Source: Trichosphaerium sp. ATCC 40318 (lineage: Eukaryota; Protista; Tubulinea). Taken from it: a stretch of 64,000 nucleotides of DNA. Each line of letters starts with the position of its first letter. The first letter of the stretch is position 1. Below are positions 41,080 through 54,048 of this stretch, in pieces. Below the pieces are notes generated by a model. That model was not told where the DNA came from. It made no database searches and saw only the letters and a program-made list of their open reading frames with translations. Position numbers and translations under genes: made by a program. The stretch covers positions 1 through 64,000 of the forward strand of contig JALMLS010000390.1 of the NCBI GenBank assembly GCA_038496445.1, read 5' to 3'.

Positions 41080-41904
41080 ATGGAATTACAAAAACAACAG
41101 TATGATGAACTATTTTATGACGCTAAGATAGCATACGAGGTAAGTGTGTTTTTATTAAATTACGTAAACATTAAAACTCCCAACTTATCATGTCTTTGTA
41201 CTGTACAGATAAGACACTTTGATAAAATGAGACAGGCAATTAAAAAGCTGTTTTTTGACAAATTGGGTCGATTTACAACGATTAAGCATCTTAAATACGG
41301 TTCAGTTGGTTACTCACAAGCCCTGAGCCAGCAGGCTTTTGCTATAAGAGTATGTCAACAGACATCAAACAACCTACTCCAAACGTACGTTGTGTTTTTG
41401 AAGATTTCAATGAAAAAAAAAAAGTTGATTAAACAATAGGGACCCATGCTACACTCATAAGAAAGCTATAATAAAACGATACATAAATAAATTAACAAAG
41501 GAAGCAAAAATAATAGTTCATGAAGGTCTTGACATCATAGATACATACCTGGTACCTCATGAGTCAAAAAACAATGTTAAAGTATCAGTAACAGCACTAC
41601 TTTGAAGATGCTATGACACTTGCAAAGAGAATACTTTGAAGATGCTATGACACTTGCAGAGAATAATTTAAACCCATGGAACTGGGCACGTGTTGAGATT
41701 GTACTCCCATATTCAGATGCATTGAATACATGTGGAATGAGTTCTGGTGATTTGCTTTGTAATGAATTTGTATCATGTCTATCATGTTTAGATGATGTGT
41801 GTGATGAGGATTATCAATTTACAACGTCACAAATGCAAATGTGGTCTGCTGAATTAAATATACGTCCAGCTGGAAGAAATCACTTAAAGTTCCAGCATGC
41901 TTAA
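41080..41904 (+). pseudogene. Highly divergent, disrupted 14-3-3-like gene
   Basis: DELFYDAKIAYE|IRHFDKMRQAIKKL, SVGY, LDIIDTYLVP, YFEDAMTLAENNLNP..R, LDDVCDEDY..MQ follow 14-3-3 helix order; central helix missing; 34-bp duplication breaks the frame. Confidence 0.7.
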
Positions 41905-42474
41905 AGAAAACTATGTATTGTAATAAATTCAACTTCACGCTACCACTAATCAAGTTGGCCAAATGTTGTAATTCTATGTGACGCGCAGCTATTGTGTACC
42001 TTTCCCGAATCAACTCCAAAGCTGGCAGGTACAAGCATACTCAAACTACAGCGACTTTCTGGTGAGATAGCGGCACCTTATTTGTATTAATCAGAGAAAA
42101 TCAAAGGTGCAGTGCAACCCATGAACAGTTCTCCAATTTGGGTTTTGTCTAAGTACGCACTGAAAACCAAAGATTAGCCACAGCTGAGCCAAGATGACAT
42201 CACAAAGAATAGAAGAGGATTACTCGTGCATTTCACATGTTCCAAATGCCGAAAAACAAACGTATTTCATGCTCTGTTAGCGTTTAAAGAAATTGAAGTT
42301 TTGTCGTTATGATGAAAATGTCGTCTTGATGCATTGAACAATACATTTCCAAGTGTGTTGATTTGGAAACACAGGTACAAATGTTGAATCCTAATAATAC
42401 AAAGATGAAGTGCTTGATCAGAACAAAGTATTTTATTGTACACTGTGGTTAATATATTACAGTTTAGCCACGCT

Positions 42475-44888
42475 TTAAGCATCTTGATAACGAGTTGATG
42501 TATAAAACTGATAAACCTTTTTCGATAATGAAGGACCAAGCCTTCTTCTGGAAGGACCAGCTCTGAAATCGCTTATCAAGTTCTCTTTGTTTTTTATAGT
42601 ATACATTGATCTATACGCTAATAATAACTCACTTGGTGTTTTATATTGTTCTATTATAGCTGCTGCTTTATCCCCAGACATACCACGTATCTTCATGAGC
42701 TGTTTTGCAAAAACATTTGTTACTGTTAAATAACTACTTTTTGCACTAAAAGAATCGAACTGTTCTATGCTTAAAAGTATATCATGACACTTGTCTTCTT
42801 GTGTAGCGGATGTATCATATTTCTGGTATGTACCAACATACTTTTCGCTTAATATACATGTTATATCTGATAGATAATCGAGTGTTTCTCCCATTGTTTT
42901 TGTTTGTTTAACAAAGAAATTATTAACAACTTGTGTTGATACGAGTGTTGTCTCCACTACTTCTTTAGATACACAAGCACGCCCACGTTGAGAAAAGAAT
43001 TTATCCATATTACCCTACAGTATAAAAAGTAAATATCAATACCACACGTGACATATTACAAAAGGAACCAGAGCTCAAAAAAATTGTTTGTTTACCTCAA
43101 CAAGATAAGTAACATTACTTAACCCACATCTAGCTAGCCGGTACTTTTGTTCTTTATACCTTCCGTCTATAATACTACTACAAAGATCCGCTATAGCAAC
43201 AGTTATTAATACATAACAGCTTACAAAAAAAACAAAGATAATGTACGTACAAAGAAGTTTTCGTTCTACAATAAAGTCAAGCACAAGCTCCATACCACTG
43301 CTCGTTTTACCAACCCACATAACATCACCTAAAGCGAGCTGTCTTACGCTTACATCTACGCCCATAGAAACTAGTTTATCACTAATATACGTCCTGTTCT
43401 TTCTTGACTTTACTTCTCTGTTATCAAGGAGTAACATAACTTTCGTTATTTTATGCTTTGAAATGCCACACCCTGGTCGGCGTTGTATTGTTCTTTTTGT
43501 AGTGTTTACACTTCCAATAGGTGATAACGAAAGGTTAGGAGATATAGGTGATAACGGTAACCTTGCTGGAGGAGCACGAGGACTTTTAGCTTTCTTTGTT
43601 CGTCGTGGTTTTGATGAAGGTGTCTTTGTACTCGCTCTTGGCGCACTCTTTTTACTACTGATGGGTGAGCTTTTCGGGTACGCCATACGTTTTGGTGGTT
43701 GCATATTTACGTCTAATCTATTCATTGAAGAAATTAGCTGTTCATCGCTGTCCTCAGAGCTCCAGCCATCGTTCAGTAAAGGAGATCTGATGTAAGCTCC
43801 ACGACGACGTTTCTTCCTATTGTACGCAGCCTTCCTTTTTGGAGAAAGGTTACTACTTGAAGTTGATTTCATTGCACGAGAAGATTTAGGTTTTGATGGC
43901 TTTGACTTTTTTTTATGAGGTGAAGGCTGTTTTGTTGTCTCTTCTGTTGACAACCCTTCAAAGAACTTTTGTTCTTTTTCGATCACGTCCATGATACCCA
44001 CACCCTTTAATGTAATGAAATACATCCTATTTTCAACCCTATTTTAAGTACGTTAGTACCACGTGTATGCAAAAAAAACCACGTGATTATTTATCAAAAA
44101 AATGGGAAAAAAATCTTGTTTTTGGTCTTACATTACTAGTTCTTTCTTTAGTAGAGTCTTCATAGAATTCCAAGCAGTGTAATATGAATCACCATCTCTT
44201 TCAAAGGATGACTCACAAAAAGGCCGTGCAAGATCAATAAGACTTGCTTTTGTAAGTCCAGATTCGCCACGAGTTTCAGCCCTTAATAGACGTGTTAAAT
44301 AAACGAACGTGAGTGAAACTAATATCAGAGATGTATACCCAGCCATTAACGAGGAGAAACGAGGTGAAGGAAGGCGGCTTTTTTGAAATTTCGAAGATTG
44401 AAAATCGCGCGTTTTATTGTACCTTGAAAGTGCCAATAACATGGCCCAACCACCTGATCTATACCGTGGCATATATTCTCCTTTTTTTTTAACGCGTTTA
44501 GGCGCTTTTTGCTTCTCAGTGTTTGTTTGTTCTTTTTCTTTGTTTCTTACGGGTTTTCCTTGCGTGTTTGTGTTATCAGTAGTATTACCAGCTTTTCTGT
44601 ATTGTTCTAGTTTTTTTGCCAGTTTAGTCACTGTGCCCTTGCCAATACCATCTACTCACATGAGATTATACTTTCACGCGTGTAGTACCCAAAACAAGCG
44701 CTTCTTCTGGCTCTGTAATTTGTAACGGATATTTGCTCATTGATGTCTTTGCCTATAACCTGTGAGCGCTCGCTTTGTATAATTAACTGTACTTTACGGT
44801 AAGTAGATGCCAAATGAACTTTGTTTTGGACGCGCGCTAGGCGTTCCATTTCACCGAGAAATTTAACAAACAGAGCGTTGTTGGACAT
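42475..44888 (-). CDS. MUS81: Crossover junction endonuclease MUS81
   Basis: N-terminal HhH (LDGIGKG), winged helix (YMPRYRSGGWAMLL, YYTAWNSMKTL), ERCC4 (LDNRE, LGDVMW, IVERK, IIDGRYKEQK), C-terminal HhH2. Confidence 0.95.
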
Positions 44889-45056
44889 GATGGCTCTGTC
44901 AATGTCAACCGATTAAGTCCAACATCACGCCTTGAATGCTTATACTTTTACTCATTCCAGCGTTTTTGATAACGGGGTGTAAGCGTAAGTGAAACCGGAA
45001 CGGTAAAGAGATAGCCTGACAGTTTTTTGTTGTACAGATAAAATAATAACACCAAC

Positions 45057-47479
45057 ATGCATGTACTTTTACTACTAGTACTATTGGCTTGCATCGCGTA
45101 CGTTTTATTAAAACAATAATGCGTTAACTACCACAACACTATTTCTAAACCCGCTAGTCCTATCGCGTCGCAAACACACAAAGTAGACACTTGTGAGTCG
45201 TTTAAAATGGATGAAACAGGTACATAACACTCAAAAATTATGACAATTAGTCTACTAAGCGCCCGTAGTGACAATCATGAACTTTACCATGAAAGAGCAC
45301 GAACTGACTCCAAATTTTGATTCTCATATTTGCAAGTACGTCCAAATATAACACAACGCCCCGGTTCGTATTAAACAGTGCGATTTAGAGGATTCGCGTT
45401 ACCTCTAGATAAAACTCTTCATGCCATACGTTTTGACCCTATCATTATACCACACGGCTATGTACATCATATGTCCTTACATTTCTGTGAGAAGGACGAA
45501 GTTTTAACAGACATTGGACAACAGACAGATGTACGTTTTTTGTTTTCCGTTATAAACGCCCACAACGCCATCTTTTATATCAAAATCATCGTACCATCAC
45601 CCTAAAACGCTATTAAAATCAGGCACTTTGATTTTTTTTGTTTCCTCTTTCATAAAATGTTGATTCTCCTAGTGTCTCGAGACAGGTCCAATATGCAAGG
45701 GACAAGTATATGTATGGACTCCGGAGGGTAATAATCCATTGTGCATGCCTGAAGCTGCCGGATACCGTATTGGTAAACCAGCACCATTCATGGTTCTTCG
45801 CAGTAAGTACTTTTTTTTTTTTGAATTTTTAGAATTATTTAAATAAAGGCCTGTAGTCCACTACAAGGCTAATAACAGAGGCGCATTTGGTACCCTTGAT
45901 AACAGTGGTGTCTCTATTTACACTACAACAAACCTACGACAATACGACGCTGGTACGTTAACAAACGAGAGTGACTTTGATTTCTGTCATGGTTTTTTTT
46001 TTGCGGTTTCAACCAATGTTGTACTGCATCCTATTTCCTAAATAATCTCATATGCTTGATAGGAACACTTATTACTGGAGCTGGTGATAGTTTAATACAC
46101 TTAGAACCTAATACAGAGACAACAGTCGACACAAGTTGCCCAGCATCTTGCTCTAGTGAATTGATGCCAGAAAGTGGCATACACGTCTTTGCAGCTATGT
46201 CTATGGCTCATGAACTGGCAACAGAACTAGAGTCTACCATATCTCGTAGTGAAACACAACTGATGCACTTAGAATCAGGTACCACAAATTTTCTAAGATT
46301 CTCAACCTTTTTTTTAGCTGTCTTTCTAGTTACTAAAGTTTTGTTGTAGCAACACGTAATCTCGATGAAAGACACCAAGTAAGGTTCTCTCCACCTACAC
46401 ATATCGAGCTAGGAGATACTTTTGCTACCACGTGCAAATATAACACTAGTGGTACGGCTGCATTGTCTCTTAAACTTCAATCCTAACTATAGATTAGGTG
46501 CCCTTAATGTCGTTACTGGTGGGCCTGGTGCTAGTATGGAGGAATGCTTAACTTATTATTCTTACTATCCTAAAATGGAACACAGAACGTGCTTAGTAAC
46601 AAGCAATAAGAACCCTGCCATTCGTGATGGAAGAGGAACTGTCGAGTACGTTTCTTTTTTGCTGTTTATATGGTTTTGATTACATGATTCTCATGTATGT
46701 TACGTTAGATGTGGGTATAAGAATGTTGATATGAATGAAGACATAGTTCTCGTGCCTTGCGGTCCACACGGTACATTTTTCTTAAACTCTGAGCATGAAA
46801 AAATCAAGAAAAAAAATACAATTTTTGAACTTGTGCTCGTCGAGGAGATGTTAGTGTTATGTTTTGCTGTTCTAACAATACTATAGATATGAAGGGACAC
46901 GTTCAAACCGGTCTCGATCTCTTATCAACAGTCTGTACTGACAGACACTCTTGCTCTTCAGATTGCTTTGCTAGAATGTTGACATGGCTTCAAGCTGATT
47001 GCACTGTAGCTGTTGGTTTCACAAAGCTATTGGAGCTATGTAACTCAGCAACTGAGTTTCCTACAGAGACATGCGCAGAATTTTTTACAGTACGTCGCCG
47101 ATCTACAGTCAAAACGATTAAGTTTTATACCAACATTTTTAGCGCCTTTTTTTATGTATTTGCGACTTGCTTTGCACGTGATACTCAAGAGTTCTGTTCT
47201 TACTATTTTTTATAGCAACTTCGATACTGTCGTGGGCTATGCATTGTTGGACAAGAAGATAAGGACTACTGTGTGGAAGGACCACAAGAAAAAGACGTAT
47301 TTGGATTTACTGGAAAGTGTATTGCTTATGAATGTGAAGTAAGCTATCTTTCTGATACTATCAGAGATTTAAACGCACACAACCTCGCTCATGTTACTCT
47401 TGTTGTATCAATGCTAGCAGCTGGTGTCTTTATAACGATTGGAAGCGTAGCATTGCTGATCTTTGACATTTGTAGTTAA
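45057..47479 (+). CDS. Copper type II ascorbate-dependent monooxygenase-like protein (DBH/MOXD1 family), no DOMON, C-terminal Cys-rich region and TM
   Basis: VHHMSLHFC, PEAAGYRIG, IHY, DNSGV..LRQYDAG, GIHVFA, GDTFATTCKYNT, CLTYYSYYP. Confidence 0.88.
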
Positions 47480-47533
47480 AACAACGAAAAATAAAACAAA
47501 AAACAGTTTTAACGCAATGCGAGTAACAGTAGA

Positions 47534-50500
47534 ATGCGAATGGAACACATTTCAATGATGACGCCTCCAAATAAAAGTGTTTCAAGTAATAAGGCAAGCA
47601 CACTTTAAGACACGCGTAAAATCGCTTCCGAGTAATTATTTAAGGTTTTCTAATATATATACACTCCGTATGGGGTATTGTACGTATTTCGTGACATGTT
47701 CTCAATTTATTGCGTTTGTCTCATCTAAATACTCTCAGATCCATTCGATGAGATCAGAAAAGATCTTAAGCGCCTATATAGATACTATTGGGATGATTGG
47801 AAACAAGCACGCGAAAATAGTCGTCAATGACGCTCATTTACATTTTAGGGATTCCTTGGCATAAGGTATGTTACGTAGTATGAATTACGCCAATGTTATT
47901 ACAGAAAAGTGTCCGCGTCAGTTCTATTCATGTATTTTACATCTATTGCGCCTGCAATTACGGTAATACAGTAATTTATAGCATACAGCGCTAAAATCCG
48001 AATAGTTTGCTGTATTTCTACAAGAAAAAACGAAAAATCAAATAGGAACAGTTGAGGTACATAAACGGAAGTTGTAAGTTTGTTTTTGACAAGTTTGGCA
48101 GGTCTTATTGTCCACCGCTTTGTGTGGTTTAATATTTTCATGTGCGTTACAACATTTATACTACCGTCGTTTCTTTGATGTCTAATGGCTGCTACAGTGA
48201 TAGCAGGTCAGCCTCTCATTATTGTTGGGTACGAAATCGTATTTATTAACATTTTAAACGAAGTATTCAAAGACTTGTACATCACGTGATTGTTTTACTT
48301 CGCTCAAAATATAAGCGAAACTTTTCGGGGTTTTTTTCTCAACCCACAAGCAGTCCTTGTTTAATTTCTAAAAGTTTTTACATCAAACAAAAAATCACGT
48401 GTTTTTAACCGTTGTATCTAACCAAATATGTGTAGGGTTACAGGACCGGTATGTCGAAAAAAAAACCAAAAATGATTTAAGTTGCTCTCATTATGTTTTC
48501 AATCAATTACGCTTTATTTTTAGAAAACTATGACAACCAAATTTGTTATGGAGTTAGTTATTTTATTTAGTATCTCTTCTTATTGTAGGTTTCAATTTTT
48601 ACACAAACTGTGTTTATTCTCGCTGAGAGGTTTGGATTTCCTTTCCTGGTACAATATTTATTTATTTATTTTCTGTTTTTTTTGTTGAACTCGAAAGTTC
48701 ATCTTCTCATCTCTTACAGCCCTGGTATGCGTGGACTCAAATATGGGCTGGTCTTATGCATCTAGCATTAGCTGCTGCAAATGCTTGTAATGGCGGTAAG
48801 TCTTGAATTTAAAAATTGTGCTGTATTATTTCCAAATGAGTTTTGACAATGTATTTAGTAAAGCTTGTTACGCGATTTAGTTGTGAGATTTTTGGAATGC
48901 TTATTGCCATTATCTATATTGTAAATGCCATTGAAGAGATAGTGGGTGCGTAATTTACCCTCAAAGCCTAATATTTCAAGAAAGAAATCAAAATCAAAAA
49001 CATTTGGTTGAAGTTCTGTTTAGTGAACTTGCGCTTTATTTTTCAAGTTTTTATTGTCTAAGTTCTATTCAAGGATACTTCCAGGACTATACAATAGAAG
49101 CAGGTCTTCTGAGTTTTGTACTTGCTATAGGTAGCACTCATTATTTTTGTTTTGGTTTTTTTTATGGTTACCATTAAATAGGCACGTTTTGGCTTGCTAT
49201 GACTCTTGGTGCAGGTATGAAATCATAACTTACAAACCCTTTCTTATTTGATATAAGCTCGTGAATGGACAGTATTCAGAAAGGCTATTAGAGGCCTTAT
49301 TGCCGAGTATGACGCTAGTCAATATTTTCTTGATGAATAACATTTTTTGTAGTTACGCTGCAGCCACAGCTATTCTAGTTTTCACTATTATCCCATTCCT
49401 TCCATTTTTGAAATCGAATATATCATCATTCATATATCGACCAGCATTTGAGAACCTCACGTGTTCAGGTAAAAACTAATGATAGAAAAAAAATATGTCG
49501 AATACTAACTTAATCTTAGATACTTTGAATGCTACTTTTGTTGAGGAAACATGCTCCTTACTTCCTCCTACAATATTCAATGATACTTTCAATGGTACAA
49601 CAAATGCTACATTGGCACCAACAATGGCGCCAATGATGTCTTTGAATAGTACTTTAAACACAACGATGATGAACATTACTGAGCAAGTTATAACTGGTTT
49701 GGCTTACACCACAGAGAAAATAGATATACCAAAACTAGTTGTTCCGGATACCTTTGAGACTACATCACAAAGGGTGAGTAAAGATATCACAATATATGAT
49801 AATACAGATGGAATTTTTTAAGGACTCTAAGGAAAAAATAAAAAAAAACCTTCAAACTTACTCTTTACATAGGGATGGATTATTAACATATTCGATATCA
49901 GTATCGCTGGCGCATTCTCTGCAATACTTCCAGGGTAATTTACCAAAAAATACTATATTTTAACCATTATCTTCCTAGATTCGTGCTTACTGTATTGTTC
50001 TTTTTCGGTATGTTCATTTTTTTAAAAGTTCTTTTTTTACCATTTACTTGGAGTCTATTTCGCGAACTATTACTAAATTGTTTAGATCATAATGTATCAT
50101 CTCTCCTTTCCCAGAAACCGGACTACAACCTTAAAAAACCTCCAGCTTATAACTGGGATTTTTTTGTTGTTGGGATAACAATCTTTATCTGTGCTATTCT
50201 TGGGTACGTCACATTTGTACTATGCCTTCATCTTTCCTCTAAGTATTCTTATAGTATACCACCAACTAATGGATTAATTCCCCAAGCACCTTTGCATGTG
50301 AGATCACTTGCAAAGATAAAAGTTGGTAAGTTTTAGTACACGTGTTCATAGGATTGTTTTGTAATGGGTGTTTTTCTCATTTTTTCTGTTTTAGTTCAGA
50401 AAGGCGATAAAAAGGTTGAAAAATTCGTTTCAGTTGTTGAAAATCGTGTATCGGGTTTTGCACAGTCTCTTCTTATTGGACTTACATTGATTCCAGTCAT

Positions 50501-51512
50501 ACTACAGGTAAAGATACTAAAACCCGAAAATACAGATTGAAGTAATTTGGTTTTAGGTGTTGGGTTACATCCCTGAGGCTGTGTTGTCTGGCTTATTTTT
50601 ATACATGGGTTTCTCTTCATTCGTTGGTAACCAATTCGCAGAGCGTATGGGTCTTTTCATCACCGATCCAGAGCGAGTTACTGTGAGTATTGGCAAACAA
50701 ATTGAATATTGGAATTTTTTTGTTTTTATGATTTTTTTTGACCTTTTCTTTTTACAGGTTGAGGGTCAGTATCTGAATGCAAATAAATGGCCTAGAGTAT
50801 TCTTTACTCTTATTCAACTCGTTATGGTTGGTATAATATTTGGTGTTACAAGAACAGTAGCAGCAATTGCTTTTCCTGTATTTATTCTATTATTGGTTCC
50901 TCTTAGACTTTACATACTACCTTATTGTATGTCTTTGCCCCATCGCTTGTTTCTTCTTATTGTACTTTTAGTTTTTAAAGATGATGATTTAAATAAGCTT
51001 GATAATGAACGACTTGATTGTGTTGCTCCAGCTGTACGTCATATTTTGCTGCATCAAAAACAAGTAAATTTTTTTGTTCTTTTCATCGAACTCTTCGTTT
51101 TTCACGTGCTTGTTGTCAACAACAAAGATGTTGTTGGTACTGCAATATTTTTATTCTGTGCTATTTGAATTTTGGTTCCGAGCACGTGATGGTGAGTACT
51201 TATAATGAAAAGGATTTTGGAGATGATGCTTCCGATTCTGGTGATAGTGACGATTCACCAGATAGTACCGATTCTACAGATGGAGGCAAAGGAACTCATA
51301 AATCAGCCAATGTTGTATTGTCTACTGTTAATACTCCAAAAACCGCTGCTGGCGCTGATGCAATAGTTGATGTTGAAGAATCTGCTACAGATTATCATAG
51401 CGTCTCTGAAGGAGATGTAGGAAGCGAAAGCGAAAGCGAAAGCGAAGATGACGAAGACGATGAAGATGATGAAGATGAAGATGACGTATCTGTCGATTCC
51501 TATTCAGATTAA
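47534..51512 (+). CDS. SLC4-family transporter, BOR1 (borate exporter) type
   Basis: IRKDLKR..YWDDW, FMYFTSIAPAITF, AGQPLIIVGVTGP, VTRFSCEIFG, FFDHNVSS, YNWDF, PPTNGLIPQAPLH, VVENRVS, IPEAVLSGLFLYMG; acidic tail. Start codon choice uncertain. Confidence 0.92.
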
Positions 51513-51877
51513 CGCGTTGACTAATTTGGAAAGAGGTTAAAACAAAAACCTTTTAAAATGACGTCAGACTCTTCTCTTGTTGTAATGATAATAAAAAAAC
51601 AATTTCAGAAAAGAAAATTAATACGTCTGTCCTTATGGGTGAACTGACGGTTTTGCTTTTTTTTTTTTGGATTTCTATCCACAAATTTGACAGGACCTTT
51701 TGCGTATATTCTGATGTTATATTTTTAGACACAGGTTACTTACTTGCTTCAAAGTGCCGAAAAAGGTTTTTTTGTTAACCTGTGTTCATTTTTTTTCGCA
51801 ATTTTTCATTGTTTCTGATAAACATTCCGTGTAAAAGCAAAAAAAGATTGTCGTATAAATGCAATAGATAGCAAGTG

Positions 51878-53795
51878 ATGGTTCTTATACGCGAGTTTCG
51901 CGTGGTTATGCCATTCTCGCTTAGAAATTATAAAAAAGGTACAACATTGGTATACAGTAGTGCTGTAGTTATTTGTGGAGCTATACACCGAAAATGATCA
52001 GAGTAAATGCGCGTTCTCACAGAATTGAAGGAGCTCAGCATGGAGCGATTACAACAGCAGCTACAGTCACTTTGGGATCAAAAGGAGGTTCCGGAGTAGA
52101 GGTAATGGTAAAAGAACCGTGGATTGATCAAAGCGGTAAAGAAGGTGTTTACGCTAAGCGTGTGTATCATTTTGAAGAGTAAGCATACTTTTTTGTAATA
52201 TTGATAGTTTCTTAACCTTTCACCAGTTGGGTACCAGGATGGCTAAAACTGCTACTACCAAAGAACGCTCTGACGTTGCAGGAAGAGGTACTAATTTTTG
52301 CTGAACAGTTTGATAAAACTATTGTAATTGGCTGATACGCTGTTTAAATAGATGTGGTACAGCTTCCCTTATTGTAAGACTGTTATGACGTAAGCAAGCT
52401 TATTTAGTCTTCTTTTTATTTTTCCTTAACGAAAAGGGTTACTCTTTCGAGTACTGACGTAATGTAGCTCACCATTTCTTGGTAAAAAACTCAAGTTCAC
52501 GATAGAGTCTTTTCATGTACGCAAAAACTTTTTACTCGCTGCTAAAACTAAACCGTGAAACACGGCAACGAAGTACACGCGCCTGCGAGATCTTTTTTTT
52601 GGGATTTACCTAAAAAGATTTAGACAAAAATCGGCGCTTGTCATGAAGATAATCCAATGAAACTAGATCCAAAAACTTACAAAGCGCGTGGGAAAGTAGA
52701 TTTCGTATCCTACAAGCGATTACTCAGCTTTACTTGAATTTCACTTCAACTTTTTCTCACGAGTTTTTTTTGGTTTCCTTGACAGTAAACGATTGATATA
52801 ACAGAACCCCTCGAAGATTCTCGTGGATTTGAACCGCAGATAGACATGTGTGAAGATTGTCTTAATTCTAAAGAGATAGGACCACTAACAGATGGTTGGG
52901 AGAAGGAGTTTGGAAAGATATGCGCTTACAAGCTCGTAACTGTTGAGGTACATTTGATCTTGATTTTTTTTTTTGTAAAAAGGGTCTAACCTTTGCTATC
53001 AATAGGTTAAAGGTGTTTGGGGTTTTCAGAGTAAAATCGAGAATTATTTAATGAATTTTCAACGACAAGTGTTTCTACGATTTCACAAGCAAGTGTACGT
53101 AACCACATATTGCTGTAAAGCCTCGGCTACAAAAACTTGACTTACGCGTACATAGATACTGTTCGGCAGATGATTGGATTGGCATGTCCAGCAAGGAAAT
53201 TGATCACTACGAGCAAGATCTCATCATAAAAATGAATAAATGCTTTGAAGGAGAGCATAAGGTAGAAAAGAAGCCATCTCCAAAGCAATCACCAGAAACA
53301 AGCCCAAAGAGGCAAAGACCAAAATCACAAGCAAATGATCTTAATTCAGCCAAGCGAAAAACATTGACAGGTTCGATTAAGGCAAGGGGTGTTGCCGTTA
53401 AGAATAGGGCTGGAGAGTTGACTACTCGTGCTGGAACGTCTATACGTACGCGTGCTGATAGTATTAAGAACGCTGCTGGAGAGTTCAAACTGAAGGCAGG
53501 AGAATCTTTTACTGGTCTCAAAAACCGTGTTATAAAGCCACATGAGAAGCTAGAAAAGCACGAGAAGCAAGAAAAACCGCGTGCACGACGGAAAAAAGGA
53601 AAACGTAAAGGACGTAAACCAAGAACAAAAAGGCGTCCTAAACCACAAGGATCAACTGATGATGAGTACTATAGTTGTGAAGAATCGTTTGCATCTGAAG
53701 CAGAGTTTGAAGATTTTGTTTCTAAAAATCACGTCTTTTATGCAAATGGAAGAGGAAAACATAAGGCTAAGAATAAGAAGCATCAAAGTCAGTAG
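51878..53795 (+). CDS. Phosphatidylinositol transfer protein (PITP, START-like fold) with long basic C-terminal extension
   Basis: MVLIREFRVVMP, GSGVEV, YAKRVYHF, FPYCKT, IESFH, CAYKLVTVE, FHKQVYC..DDW. Confidence 0.92.
52705..52791 (+). other. Putative U12-type (minor spliceosome) intron with GT-CG ends
   Basis: 5' end GTATCCT; branch TTTCCTTGAC at 52774-52783; removal restores the conserved KVDF|IDIT. Confidence 0.75.
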
Positions 53796-54048
53796 TTACT
53801 ACAAAATTTTTTTTTATTCTTCCTCAACAGAAACCACGAAAAATATAGTATTGTAAAGCAAACCACACCTTACCTTCTTGTAACATAGACAACTTGATAA
53901 AATATATTGTAACTTAACTTCTGTCTACTTAGTGGTTACCTTTTGTGCATGAGTTTTAATCTTTCATCGTAATCAATGGTGCGCCTTGATTCACAAATTC
54001 TAGTAAGATGTAAACCTCAAGGTCCCAATCTTCGTTCCAAGAAATTAA

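Noticed and set aside
43241-43795. 184-aa plus-strand ORF
   Set aside because: Antisense to a MUS81 exon.
52420-52436. TTCCTTAAC, a U12-like branch motif in another PITP intron
   Set aside because: The donor is U2-type GTAAGC and the frame-restoring acceptor is further downstream; at most a relic.
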